A DNA stretch of 62,904 nt, filler included, from Rhabdomonas costata (GCA_019059605.1; 46 parts of 46 records of this genome joined end to end with filler, not necessarily neighbours in it); one strand, 5' to 3'. Counted from the whole stretch's first letter, positions 38,173 to 51,643 are shown. Numbers and translations are program-made. The notes: generated from the letters alone by a model not told the origin.

Positions 38173-39728
38173 TACATTTTTATCCTTGAAAAAGCTTTGG
38201 CAAATGATACTGCAATGGTAATTGTGGTACCCACCCCCCAAACTCATTACACAACACCNNNNNNNNNNNNNNNNNNNNNNNNNNNNNNNNNNNNNNNNNN
38301 NNTTAATTAATTAANNNNNNNNNNNNNNNNNNNNNNNNNNNNNNNNNNNNNNNNNNNNGGTGTGTTGTGACGTTCGACTGTGGTAGTTGGGTTCTTGTGT
38401 TCTGTATTCACGTTCTGTCTTCGTTTCTGGTGTTGGTGTAGGTGATGTGTGTTTTTTGTTGGCACATGGGTTTCAACTATTTGTGGTCTTGTGGGTGTGT
38501 TGGTTATGCTTTGATGGTGATACGGTGAATGTGGAGCCTTGTTTTTCTTGTGCAGTATGGATTTGCGTCTTGTTTTATGTGTAATGTGTTGTGTGTGCGA
38601 TGTGGAATGTGTAGTGGTTGTGACTTTGGGTGATGGTTATTACCTTGATTGTGATGTTTGTGGTGGGGTGTTTTCTTTCGCGTTCGTTTTTGTTTCGCTT
38701 TCCAATGGAAGTTCGTCTCCAGTTGGCCGTGGCCTACTGGATGTTATGCACTTGCAGGAATTATGTGATCACCTATGACTACATGCACGCTGAACATGTA
38801 ATTGGCGATGGATTTGATAATTGAGTACTCTACAACACTGATGTGTGTCTTGTGAGCAACTCCTGTCGCCGTATCTTTCGCCGTTGGGGTGCTGGCTTTG
38901 TGTTCTCTTGGTTCGTGTGTTCGGCCCCGTGAGGTGATTTGGAGAGATGGGTGCCGGGTGGAAAGGTTGTGCGTGCTGTCGTTGCAGGAGCTTATGCAGT
39001 GCTCGGAGTGTGCCCGACACTTCCATTCCTGAGTGCGTGTTTGATGTACGTGTGAGGCTTTGGGTTGCATTAGCACCGTCCCCATTTTGCTCCTCGGACC
39101 AGGAGCGCGTGTACCAGCCGTCTTCCTCCCAGTTGCGTGTTTTTTGGGTGAGTTGCCTGTCTGCCTGTGGTGGCTTGGTGTACTCACCAGCAACGCTCTG
39201 GGTTGAGGTGTGGTTAGTCTCGTGGCCACACGAGTGGTGCACAGTGGTGAGTTGTGCGCGCCGGATGGGCGGATCTTTGCACTTCTTCCATGCATTCTGT
39301 GGTGTGATTGGAGTGGTCGTGACAAAAGCATGCACCACACCCTACAAGGGTTTCTCGCCACAGTGTTGGGCGCCGTGTGTGGAGGACACAGAGTTTCTTT
39401 CGCGCGTTTATGTACATAGGCCTGGGACACGGGTCTTGGCCTGTTGTATGGTGAGCCGGCACCACACGTCTGAAAACAGAGCTAGAGAACCCTCCGTGCG
39501 TGCACACAGGCTGCGAACGTCTTATGCTATGCGCAGCTTTTCTTTTCTTTCCATCATCTCTCTCCTTCACGTGTGTGTTTCTTTCTGTATTTACATCGCA
39601 CAAACATACACACACACACACACAACACNNNNNNNNNNNNNNNNNNNNNNNNNNNNNNNNNNNNNNNNNNNNTTAATTAATTAANNNNNNNNNNNNNNNN
39701 NNNNNNNNNNNNNNNNNNNNNNNNNNNN

Positions 39729-40630
39729 TGTGGGTGTGGAGGAGCAGGGTATGCTGGTAGCGTTGGTGTTGGTCGTAGCGTTGGTTGTGGTAGCGTGTCG
39801 TGGAGTCGTAGGTGCTGATGCTGTAGGGGTAAGTGGTGTGGTAGGAGCTGGTGCGTTGGATGTTGGTGCTTGCGTTGGTTCTTGCGTTGGGTGGTTGGCT
39901 GGTGTTGGTGTCCCTGTGTCTGCTTCTGTCGTGCTTCCTGTTGGTGCTTCTTGTGTGCTTGCTGTGTCTGAGGTTGGAGTGGTGGGTATGGCTGGTGCTC
40001 TTGACCTTGATGGTGGTATTGCTTGTTGTGTGCTTCTGTCTGCCATGTTCCCTGTCTCTGTCTCCGTAACCATGCTCTCTCTGTCTCTGTCCCTGTTCCT
40101 GTCTCTGTTCCTTCTGTAGTGTTGGCAGGTAGGTGCGTAGGGTGTGATGTTGGGGCTAGCGGTGTGGATGTTCCTGGTGCTTGCTGTTACGGTCTCTGTT
40201 TCTACGGTCTCTGTTGCTGATGCTGGTTCTGTCTCCGTTCCTACTGTGTCTATTCAACCAGTGTGAGGATTCCTGAGAGTGTGAGGATTCCTGCTTCTGT
40301 GTCTATGCCTTCTGTCTCCGTCTCTATGCCTTCTGTTTCTGTCTCTATGCCTTCTGTGTGTATGCCTTCTGTAAGTGCTATGGATGTTCCTGTCTCATGC
40401 CCTGTCTCACTGCTTTACGGTCTCTACGGTGTCATGGCGGTAGAGGATGCAAGGGGTATAACCGATGACTCTTCATGTCGTCATGATGCTCGGTACCTCG
40501 CATCCTTCCTCCGATAGTGGTTCGCTCCACCGCTACGCGCTTCCACTCACGAGTCACTCATTCGCATCAGCTCGTTGGTTCCTGACGTCCTCACTCATGC
40601 ACGGGTGCACGGGTGCACGGGTGCACGTCT
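39729..40630. repeat. Low-complexity strand-skewed region with short tandem repeats (tctatgccttctgt units ~40300-40375; gcacgggt x3-4 at ~40599-40628) and a T/P/A-rich minus-strand ORF
   Basis: Repeats are directly visible. Coding status is unclear. Confidence 0.65.
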
Positions 40631-41175
40631 TAGCCCAGTAAGGATCATTTCGTCTGTTTGGTGAGCCACCCACCACTATCCAATTATACCCACTACACAC
40701 AAATGAGCAGTCGCCACTATCCTACCATACCTTTCACGTGTACCCCTATACGAGTTTGGGTAGTGGGCACAAAGCAAATTCAAGGAATTCAAGGCTTGTG
40801 TGGTGCCCACCATCGAATCGTGTGTAGTGGGGCCTAATTGGCCCAACACTTCCTTTGCTCTCAAGCGCTCCTTCATTTTCGTTTACTTCCCACAATCCGA
40901 AGTTAGCGCCAGTCTCTTGGTGCTTTCCCTGCCCTTTCAGCCCTCATTAGAATTTGCTGTGGTGCACCTCACCTCCCTCCCACCCAACCGCCCAATTTNN
41001 NNNNNNNNNNNNNNNNNNNNNNNNNNNNNNNNNNNNNNNNNNTTAATTAATTAANNNNNNNNNNNNNNNNNNNNNNNNNNNNNNNNNNNNNNNNNNNNTG
41101 TGTTTGTGTTTATACTGGCATTCGCCCTGGTGCAAGGAGGTCCCCTTGGGTGGGATTATGGGGCGGGGGGTTCAG

Positions 41176-42350
41176 CACGGTGTTGGATGAGATCCTGAGC
41201 GGGCGGCCGACCGATGAGATTCTTGATCGGATTCACACCTACCTCCAGGGCGTCGCTGGGGACATCAGGTTTGCCACGCTCTGCTTTCGTGTTTCACCTT
41301 TCAGAGTTTCAGAAGTTTGTTCGAATGATTGGATGATTGGAATGCCGCATTCGGTTTTTTGCAGTGCCGATGCACTGGAACGTGCGAGTGCGATGCTTCA
41401 TTTTTCCGTTGATTGGTTTTCGAATACGTTTGTTTCGATTGCTCGATCGCTCTCTGATGGCCTTGCTTTTACCTGCAGGGCATGCAAACTGTGTCCTTTC
41501 CAGTTTGAGTAACAATTCACCCTCCAAATTCCTGCTTCCGGTGCAACACGTATGGTTTATGGTTGTGAGCATAGTTCTTTATTGGGGGGGATCTACAGGG
41601 CAGGGAAAGTGAACCTGAAGGAGTTTGTGATCAGCAAGTCCCTCACCAAGGCCCCGGAGCAGTACGCGGACAAGCAGAACCAGCCACACGTCATGGTCGC
41701 TCTTCGGATGAAGGAGCAGGTCCCTTCCTAACCACCCTCCCCCCTAACCAAGAAAAAACTGAACTGCTTGTCTCCCTTATTTTCTTGGCACCAAAATGCC
41801 GCATCCCCTCACCTTCGGTTTCCTTTGTATGTGTGTGGGGGGGACTTTTTGTGCTATTTTTGAATTGCTTTTATGATGTTCCCTCATGTTATTCAGCTTT
41901 TTCCGTTATGAAAACACGTGTGCCTATTGATGGTGCTGATATTTTTTTTGCAGTTTCACTTTTTCTTTCGATGCTATGGGTGGCATGCCCGAACCGGAGG
42001 GGGGGTCAACACCTCATCCGTTCAGATGACTTGATTTTTCTGTGGGAAGGGGGTCCCATTTTTGCGTTAATGCATCGTTCGGGCATGTCGTGTCATGAAG
42101 CACATACTGCACTGGCATAAGCCTCATTCCTTCGTAGTTCTGGAAGTGTCCGGGTATCCAAGTGCCGTATGAAGCTGTCAATGTGACAAGCCCCGCGCCT
42201 GATCGGCAGTATTTTTTTTATATTTTTTGCTACTTGCGGAGTGCTTCGCTCTCCCTTCTGATGCGCAGAAAATTTCCGTGCAAACCAACGATATCATCCC
42301 CTACATCATCTGCGATCCCAGCGGCATCTCTTCCTCGGAAATTGACAAAA
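41176..42350 (+). CDS. POLA1: DNA polymerase alpha catalytic subunit, exons 41176-41268, 41599-41719 and 42269-42350
   Basis: Phase-consistent GT-AG joins give VLDEILSG..DEILDRIHTYL....IR|AGKVNLKEFVISKSLTKAPEQYADKQNQPHVMVALRMKEQ|KISVQTNDIIPYIIC. K.LTK.P..Y.D...PHV.VALR and D.IPY+IC are Pol alpha thumb motifs. Confidence 0.92.
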
Positions 42351-43839
42351 GTATGCCCCAACCCCCCCNNNNNNNNNNNNNNNNNNNNNNNNNNNNNNNN
42401 NNNNNNNNNNNNTTAATTAATTAANNNNNNNNNNNNNNNNNNNNNNNNNNNNNNNNNNNNNNNNNNNNTTTTTGTGGTGCGATCTGGTGTATTGGTGTGG
42501 GGATCTGGTTGTACAGATACGTGGACATCGACTGCTGTCATCTGGCGTCTGTAAATTGTGAGTTTCCTCCGCACGTTGATCAACCTGACAATGCTTTCTT
42601 CTGCGTGTCTTTTCCATTTTGTGACCGTATGTTGCGTCTCCTGTGCTGGTTGTTTTTTGAAATTTGCCTGTTGACAAGTGTTCGGGGTTTCTCCGAACAA
42701 AAAAAGGCAGTGATCCAGTGTATGTGTGTGCTTGCGTGGGTACAGCGGTGGGAAAAGCCTTTGAGGAACCTGACAAGACCGTCTCTTCGCCAACAGGCGC
42801 CATCTGATCCATCTATGTTTCGCACGAACTGATGGGAACTTCAGGAATCATGGCAACTACACACTGCATCACACCCCGCACTCCACTTGAACGTGGGGGA
42901 GAACACAGCAATGCACCAAGAGAGATTGAGGTCTCGACCACGACCTTGTCATAAACACATGCACGCCACACATACCGTATAGAGGAGTTCGTCAGCGCGC
43001 GCCGTGGGTTCCTCAGCTTCCTCTACGGGCTGCGCGGGCACCACTCGAGACCCGTGCATTGCCGTGGCCAGCGGAAGGTAAAGCAGCTGTGGAGAAGCGG
43101 AGCAACTGTCATCCAGAGTCATTTAAATGCATAACCAAACTGGTATGTGGATCCGAAACGAAACGACGCGATTTCACTTCACCACAACGTTGTGCCAGGG
43201 GTCCTGCTTTCGTTGGAAGAGACAATTATGACATTCCCCAAGTTTCGGAGGCAGGTTTGGGCTGCGGCGCGGCTCTGACTTCCTAAGAATAGAAATCAGC
43301 CTTTTACGACCAACGGGGTTGTGGCATGGCTGCCAACATCATGGCACCCATACTTGGCAAGAACGAATTAAAAAGAGTGAAGCTGTCGTGTACAGCTACT
43401 TCCTGTCACAAAAATCAGGCGCTCCTCTGTCGCATTCCTTCTCTCGCCTTACAAGCAGTTCCCAACTTTACCATGCCAATACGTTCTTTTTCTCCATTTC
43501 TCTCGTGGGGTGCTGCGCGGTCTTGCGCGCAATGCGTATTCCCGGAGGACACGTTCTGTATGTATCCCCTTCGGCACGAGAACTTCGAAGATCATCGGCG
43601 CCTTCCACTTATTTCACGAGAAGTGGGTCCCCCGTACGCACGCGGACAAACCCGCTGACTTCTTTTTTCCATCTTGCCTTTGCCCGTTAGATCCCCCACA
43701 CTTGTGCAACACACAACCACACATGAACACACCACCACNNNNNNNNNNNNNNNNNNNNNNNNNNNNNNNNNNNNNNNNNNNNTTAATTAATTAANNNNNN
43801 NNNNNNNNNNNNNNNNNNNNNNNNNNNNNNNNNNNNNNT

Positions 43840-45108
43840 TTTGGTGGGCTTGCCTTTGCTTCGGGAGTCCCTTATCCTTGCCAGCCGTACATTGCATTCG
43901 CTCGACTTCCCCTGTTGTCTCCTACCTCTGTCTTGGGAACCACTCCTCCCTCCACGAATCTTTCGCAGTACTGCCAGCGGATTCCAGGCGGCGTTCATCG
44001 GACACGCCCTCGGCGTGTCTATGACCTGTTTACCTTTAGCGAAGAGTTTACAGCACTTAAGACCAGACTGGACACCCTTCACGGAGTTGTGGACATGTCT
44101 GTGGTGTCAGAGTGTGCGGTGGCTGTGTCTGGGATTTCGAAGCCACTGACCTTTAACGAGAGCCGTGCCACCATTTTTGCGAAGTTTGACCGAATCCGGC
44201 ACTTTGCAATCGCCGAGGACCTCGGTCGCAGACATCGACCAGAAGTTTTGGGTCCCGCAGGGCAGCCACAGTCATCCCAGGATAGGGAGGCCTTTCAGAA
44301 AGACGTTGTGCACTTGGGTCTATTCGACGCCGCACCCGATGACGTGGTTTGTGTTACTGCCTAACCACATTGTGCTTTTTCACTCTTCTCTGAGAACTTT
44401 GAATGATTGTGTCCATCGTGTCTTTCATTGGCCTGTGCTTGGTTTATTATTTTCCTATCCACAGGTTATAATTGGAGATGAGGGTGCGTTTCCCAGTCGG
44501 GCCACGGTTTCCCTGTTGAAGTGGTGCGACTTCGAGGGCGTCCTCGGGCTGCGCACCCGACAGTATTCTTACCATTGGAATTGTGAGGCAGCGGAGACTG
44601 ACTCGCTCAGGGCAATGCAAGTGCGTGACTTCCATACCAAATCCTTCACCGATGCACGAACTTCGGCCCTTAGCGGTGCGGTCGATCTAGCCGGGTTCCA
44701 CACCTCTTACTTCTTTTCCACCGCAAGAGAGGTGGAAGCGAAGTTGAGGAGCCTTTCTCATCATGAGATGGGTGCTTCGGAACTGACGGATGTACGTCAC
44801 CTTCAAAGATCACTTGCAATATGTGCGGTGCACCGTCCCGGGGGGCACGTGTTGACTCTAAATCGAGATGTGTCTCACTTTCCTGAACCTGTGATGGAGA
44901 ATCCTCAGCGATATTATGAGTTTCTTCACGAAGACCTGACCAATGCCATTCAGTACTGCCTCCGTGGAAGGCCTTCTAAGGGGTCCACACAAAGCCTTTG
45001 GGTTGGTCGAGCACACAGGGTTGGCTGCTGCCCTGATTCGAAGATCAAGGTGCTCTCGGCATTGTTGGGTCCCCACAAGGGGTGTCCTTCTCGGTGCACC
45101 AAAACCCC
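43840..45108 (+). CDS. GT17 (MGAT3/GnT-III-like) glycosyltransferase homolog, exons 43840-44346 and 44465 onward
   Basis: RRVYDLFTFSEE..LKTRLDTLHGVVD..VVSE....SGISKPLTF..R, REAFQK..LGL..AAPDDV|VIIGDEGAFPSRATVSLLKWCD and AGFHTSYFF....EAKLRSLSHHE. Motif order matches GT17, joined by a 118-nt GT-AG intron. Confidence 0.82.
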
Positions 45109-45789
45109 NNNNNNNNNNNNNNNNNNNNNNNNNNNNNNNNNNNNNNNNNNNNTTAATTAATTAANNNNNNNNNNNNNNNNNNNNNNNNNNNNNNNNNNNN
45201 NNNNNNNNGGTTTTTTGGGTTGCGTGAGACCCCGGGCTACTATTCGAGCACTTCTACTACACGAACATTTACCGTATTCATGGACGCACAATCATCAGCG
45301 CTCGCACGCTCCGTGAAGTTACACAAGACGCACGCACTCCAAGGTCCACTCCAAGGCCACACCCGTAGACGGTCCAAAGTGCCTTGTCACTCTTCCCTTG
45401 GCCCGATACGAAATTGCATTGCCTCCATCTCTTGTATGAACAACAACAACACATGCACAAATGTGCACACAAGTGACACTGCGCATGCGGCACGGCTGAG
45501 TACGGAAAACATTTCGATGCAACACAGTTGAGCACACTGAACGCATGTAATGCGCAGACAAGATTCTCCCTGGAGGGACGGGTAATGCCCAGACCTCGTT
45601 CAGATGACAAGCAGCTAAGCTTATTTATGTTGCGAGAATAAAAAAAGAGGGCTGGTGATCCAGAAAGGTCGTGCACAGGGTGTAGGCGTGGGGGAGTGAA
45701 ATGAACTGAACCGGGCTGGTGGCACCGACACACTCACTTGGTTAGAACTCAGACTCAGAACTATTATATTAACGAAAGTTGGGAATGAC

Positions 45790-45897
45790 CTGAGCAGCAG
45801 TCCATGAACTCGCAACTCAGCGAGGTGCAAGGTGTGGTCGGCACCTTCGCAGTAAACCCCGCGGGGCAGGCCGCGGTCCTGCCCTGGCCGCACGTTG
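45790..45897 (-). CDS. Single Cys-rich repeat exon (TCGQGRTAACPAGFTAKVPTTPCTSLSCEFMDCCS), phase 1-1
   Basis: CAG and GT borders, 108 nt, same 6-Cys spacing as the exons at 57813-58226. Confidence 0.75.
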
Positions 45898-47578
45898 CTG
45901 AGTCGAATAACGTGTGTGTGTGTTCGCAAAAGGTGTGACTTATGTGTGTTGGAGGCATAGCACCGTGGGCTGCTCAATGTGTATGCGAAGGCTCCGACAT
46001 CTCTCTGGAGAGTGAGTGTGTTGTTGTGAAAATTTTGTCAGCGGCGCACCACCGGCGGTGCTGGCAAACAGGGTGGTCACATCGATTCCGATGGGAAGGT
46101 CGCTGGTGTTTTTGGCGTCTTTTTTTTTCCTTCTGTATTCTTTTAAAAAAAATATGCAGACCACGGCGTCACCGCAGTTCAGCAAATTGTCCTCATGCAT
46201 ATACCAAACAGAAAGTGGAAGCATCAAGCAAATAATAAATACGGGGAAATCCGTCCTAGGAACTGCATCTGTCTGGGTCAGGTTCAGCACCACAGGGTAT
46301 GTTCTGCATGTTGGCAATGACTTTTTCAGAACCTATTTTCTGTTGATTTGTGTGTGACTATGCTGAAATCGATCTCCCTCTTTCGTCACCACATCACTTT
46401 CCATTCAAATATCCAACCCGCACACAGCCACTGCGGAGCTCGCCGCGGCTGGCCCGCACACACTTGCGCAGCAGTCGTNNNNNNNNNNNNNNNNNNNNNN
46501 NNNNNNNNNNNNNNNNNNNNNNTTAATTAATTAANNNNNNNNNNNNNNNNNNNNNNNNNNNNNNNNNNNNNNNNNNNNGGGTTGCTTTTCCTTTCTTTTC
46601 TTTTCTTTCCCATTGTGTGGCACTTTCAGCAAAAGCGAAAGTGCATAGCCCAATGGGAAATCCCAGCACAGTGCACCGAAGCATTGCGCACCGAAGCACT
46701 GTATCGCGCTTCCGCATCACTTCTCTTTGCTTTCCGCTGCCATTGGGTTGGATGCACCCACACTACTGTGATGCAGTGCTGTGCCATGGTTCAGGCTGAG
46801 GAGGAGGAAGCCTTCGCTGTCGGGCTAAGCTCTTTTTCTTGGGTACAACACGACGTGATGCTGCCCACTGTCAAGTCGTTCCCTTCGGGGACATCCTTCC
46901 GGCTAACGTATGCGTTTGTTGTGATTAGCAATTCCTCCAGTTATCTGGTCCTCTTCAGCAATGGCGGCCTGCCAGTTCTCCACTGGAACTTGTGTTGGAA
47001 GGAGATTTTCGGTTACGAGTGCATTAAAGTGCACTAAAGGATATGAGTGCATTCAGTTATGATGTAAAATTAAACTTCGGGTTATCCCAATGCTTTCCCG
47101 GCGAGCTTTCATACCCATCCCTTTCGATATTTTGTGGGAGAGGAATTATGTACGGCACAGCACCACGTCACCACTGTTTACTGAATGGTCCACGTGCAAA
47201 AATCAAACAGCAGACAGCAAGCGAAGAATCAGACAGAGATGACACGCTGGAAGGTGTTAGGTGAGGAACTCTCCGTTATTGGGATTGCAGCTGAGTACTG
47301 TGAGGATGAGGCGCTGGGTGCCTCGATGCATTGTGTGGGTGTTTTGTTGCTTAGCGAGGGACAGCAAGAGGACCTGGCGCTCCGGCTCTGTCGCACCCCA
47401 GCGTCGAAAAAGGTTTTCGCACCTGCACCATCACCCCCGCACCAGTGAGGAGTTGTAGTGTTGCGCTGGTAATTGTTGAAGCGCTGGTGCGTTGCGGTGC
47501 ATATTTTAGACCCCAGGCCTGGTTCAACATCGCCCTCTACCTTTTATGTTTACCTCCACGAAAATGCACGTTGGTGTG

Positions 47579-47848
47579 AAATTCGGGGCGCTGCACTCGC
47601 ATGTCGCTTGATGAGATGAGTACATTTGGTTGGCAACGTGTAGTAGTGCCCCCAAGTCGTTCAAGTTGCTCTGCTTCTCGTTCATTTTTCTGAACAATCT
47701 CTCGTTACCCATTCCACAGCTAAATTCGGGGCGCTGCACTCGCATGTCGCTTGATGAGATGAGTACATTTGGTTGGCAACGTGTAGTAGTGCCCCCAAGT
47801 CGTTCAAGTTGCTCTGCTTCTCGTTCATTTTTCTGAACAATCTCTCGT
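47579..47848. repeat. Exact 127-bp direct repeat (47579-47705 and 47722-47848) ending at the contig edge
   Basis: The two copies are identical, period 143 bp. Confidence 0.93.
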
Positions 47849-49198
47849 NNNNNNNNNNNNNNNNNNNNNNNNNNNNNNNNNNNNNNNNNNNNTTAATTAA
47901 TTAANNNNNNNNNNNNNNNNNNNNNNNNNNNNNNNNNNNNNNNNNNNNGGGTTGTTTTGTGGCGGTAGGCACGGCGGGTCACAAAAGCAACCTGGGAGGA
48001 AAAGGGCTCCGGGGGTAAGCGTCCCTCTCAAAAACATTCCCCTGCCCTTCCCTCAGCTTAAAATGACTCGAAACTACGAATTTCGACTTCCATCCATGTC
48101 AGTTAAAAGAACTCTTTCAGCTAGCCTTGGCTTTCCAAGGCCCGCAATTCTCTTCTCATTGTCAAGCGAGAAGCACGCAGGGCGCGTTTGGGCTGTCCCT
48201 TAGCCATTCCCTCCCACCCCACGCCAGTCCGGTCGATGCGAAGGGCTCATCTATCGGAACACTTGCTTCGTCAGAAATCGTTTTGAATCGTGCTTGTACA
48301 AACGAAGTGGATGGGGAATACACACGCCCCAAGATACCTTGGTTGTGCAGGGCCGAAGCCCGCCCGCAGTGTTCTCCAACAAAAGACCTGTACCCATCAG
48401 AGTTGAGAACATTGCACCCTGCGCTCGCCGTTCGTTTCCTGCCACGTTTCACCGGCAGAGATCGGGATTGCGGAGAATGCACCTTAAAATTTCTCCTTTC
48501 AAGCGCCCCACAGAGACCCAAAGGGTGCGGGGTAACAGGGCAAAAATAACGCACGTAATTTTAACTACCTTCACTGCTGCACGTCCTGCCCTTGGCAATG
48601 GCTCAGCTTCCACCCAGAACAGCCCGTATCCGAATCCGAACAAAATCGATGGTTCTGATTTGAAAGGGGCTAAAGAGCAGCAAGATACCGCCGCTTTGCT
48701 GCGGGCATCTGGGCCTCATCCATGCGCATGCGCGTGTGCACCTAGCGAGTGGGACAGCTTACCGTTGAATCGCACGCACGTCTACCTGGGAATCAAGGTA
48801 CCCCTGATGTGGCTTATCGTGCATCAGGCCCCCACCGCTGCCCGCCAACCACACTACCCAGCTCAGTCCACCACAAACAAAACCTGACATCGTTCGCTCG
48901 GACTACAGCCTTCGTCCTCAGTGGAAACCCAAAACCCAAGGCCCCTATGGGGATGCAGCGCCGATGGGCTCGGGAAGTTCCATCAAATAACAAGAAAGCA
49001 ACACTAACCCACCAACAACATCGAGAGAAGCAGAGGCTGAGTAGGAGGTTCCTTGCACAGCACGGCCCCCTCTACAAATGTCAGCCCGCTGCTTTAGCCG
49101 TGGATAGCAGTGGGTCTGGGGCGGTACTCCTGCCCTCCCACCTCTAGCCAAGGATACCATACAACACTACACAAGCAGCGCTCTACGCACAAAAACAA

Positions 49199-49211
49199 CC
49201 AAACACACCCA
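49199..49211 (-). other. WGA universal primer remnant TGGGTGTGTTTGG (also at 62888-62900)
   Basis: The identical 13-mer lies at two unrelated contig ends and matches the 3' part of the GenomePlex primer as I recall it (TGTGTTGGGTGTGTTTGG). Confidence 0.75.
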
Positions 49212-50696
49212 CANNNNNNNNNNNNNNNNNNNNNNNNNNNNNNNNNNNNNNNNNNNNTTAATTAATTAANNNNNNNNNNNNNNNNNNNNNNNNNNNNNNN
49301 NNNNNNNNNNNNNTTTCTGGAGTCTTCCGGGCCAGTCCTTATTGTAGGAGGGAACTTTTTGGTGGGGCTCTGTGGAGGTTGAGACAGCATTGCTCTTGGG
49401 GTGACGCCGGAGCGTTCGCGTTGCGTGGAGTTCCGTGGTGTTCCGTGGCGTTGCACATCCAAGCAAAACATGTTCACTGGATTCTCGGGTACAAAGCCTT
49501 CCTACCCCAATGAAATCCTGTAAGTTGCAAAACGGACGGCGAGGTAATGGTGACTGAAGTGAAATAGGACAGTTTCCTGCTTTGCTTTTTAACTTGTGCT
49601 GTACCACTGCCGGCTTACCTCTCCCTCTGCCCACCCTGAGAAAGGGCCAGAGGACAGCCAAAAGGGATGCTAGAAGGGCAAATGAATGGCCTCACACCGG
49701 CTCATCGCGGCGAGATTGGCGACGGCGCTGAGGGTGGGCGAAAGCGCGCTGCCCAGAGCCCCACTCCCCTCCTCTGACTGTTCCGAATCCAACGTGAGGT
49801 GAACACCCACCTCACCGGAAGGGGAGGGAGCAGCGCGCTCCATCCCCGGGGGTTCCTTGGGGTGGCCCGATGGCCCCACAGCTCCCGGGAGAGCGCAGGC
49901 CCCCAGGTACTCCGCCGAGAGAGAGGTAGAGCCCGATTCAGGAACTAATACCAAACACCCCACAAGACGCTCGGAAGGCGATCCCGGGAATTCGGGCCAT
50001 AACACAAGTACGGAAACTTTGATTGGACCGATCCTTATAGAGGGTGTGTCACATGATTGATCACGCTAATGCCGATGTGATGCCGGTGTGGTTTTGGTAG
50101 ACAATTTTGCGAACAAGATTAAGGTGAGACCACGACCCCAGAATAACCTTTAGACCACATCCATTGTGCTACACTCCACCAGCCTCACGGGTCCACAAGT
50201 CCGACTGTAGTAATGGCGGACGATATCAGGTGACAGCACTGATTACAGGGCGGAGGATAGCGATTCGGCGCTTAAAGGGGGGCTGAGGAGGGTACGTGTT
50301 CTGGAGGGGAGCCTTCTGATACCGGGACCTTTCACATGGATTTTCCTTTCGACGTTCTGCGGGGTTTCAGTCATTTATTCCGTTTACCCGGCTCTGCTGA
50401 GTTCATGGCGGTACAGCCCAAGAGTGCAGATGCCTTTTGGGTGTTCTTGGAGTGGCAAAAAGGACACCTTTACTATTCAAGCAGCGGCGCCATACCACGT
50501 GTTTTCCTAGGTCCAACGAGAAAAGTTGGTAGGCAGGTAGGCAGGAGTTGAACTGCAAGCACTCCCGAGTATCCCTCAACTGNNNNNNNNNNNNNNNNNN
50601 NNNNNNNNNNNNNNNNNNNNNNNNNNTTAATTAATTAANNNNNNNNNNNNNNNNNNNNNNNNNNNNNNNNNNNNNNNNNNNNTTGGGGGGGGGGGG

Positions 50697-51643
50697 TGTT
50701 CCACTACCGCCCTCGCCGGGGCTTCGGGGCTCCAGAGCTGGTGTTCTGCGAGGGCTTCGCTGCGGTGGCAGGGACGCTGCTGAGGCACGCCCTGGCGCTG
50801 CGCGCGGCACGGATGGAGCACAGCCGCTCTCAGATCCTGCTCGAGGTGGCCCGCTCTGTGTCCTCCAAGGTGCGGATGTGCACATATTGGTGTGAGGCGC
50901 AAGGGCACAGGGCAGATATATGCTGAAAGTGCTGGAAAGCAGCCAAAAAAAAGCGCGTGTGGGCTGGGTAGTGAGCGCAGTGGAGGATGGGATTGGCTAC
51001 CAGAAAAGAAAGTGTGGGGAGAAAAAACCAAGCGAACGAAACGTGAGTCAGCCGGAATCTAGGAATCTAGCGGATTAGTGGAGGTCCATTGCGCTGGGGA
51101 AAGTAGCGGCACACGATAAAACAGGAAGGGTCGCCAAAGGTCCCTGGGGGTGCAAGGACCGGCCAATCAGCGTTCCAGCGTTTCGGGAGGCCCATGGAAC
51201 ATAGAAAAGACGGCGGGCCAATTTCGGCTTTGCTCTCAGCATTTCTGTGCCCCCCTTGCTAAAAGAATGGTGATTTCTGCTTAACATCAACCAACTTCTC
51301 CCATGGATCCCATGTGATTTCTCTCGGGGTTCGGTCTGCTGCTAACGGTGCACGTGGATGTGCCATTAGGGTGACCCGGAAGCAGAACCAAAGATGCTTC
51401 AGTTCTTCCGCAGCAAACGTACAACTGATTTACGCACGTACCGTACCGCTGTATGCCCAAGCGGTGCAAGGTGGTAACTCCTCAGGCAGAGTTTTGTTAC
51501 CGTTCTGGGTCATCGGTCAAGGGATGCTTCTTTTGTTACAGGTCATGGACAGTGATAAGCTCTCCTCGGCGATTATTGAGCACGCCCGCCAGATCACGCG
51601 GGCGGACCGCTGCGCACTGATGCTGGTGGACCCCGCACAGCAA
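50697..51643 (+). CDS. Tandem GAF-domain protein (cyclic-nucleotide PDE/cyclase type), exons ..-50869 and 51542-~51643
   Basis: ELVFCEGFAAVAGTLLRHA...SQILLEVARSVSSK|VMDSDKLSSAIIEHARQITRADRCALMLVD covers the end of one GAF, the linker helix and the ADRC.L.LVD start of the next. Confidence 0.8.

Noticed and set aside
38744..39684. Several overlapping 190-245 aa ORFs on both strands
   Set aside because: GT-skewed composition suppresses stops, and there are no motifs, codon bias or convincing splice borders.
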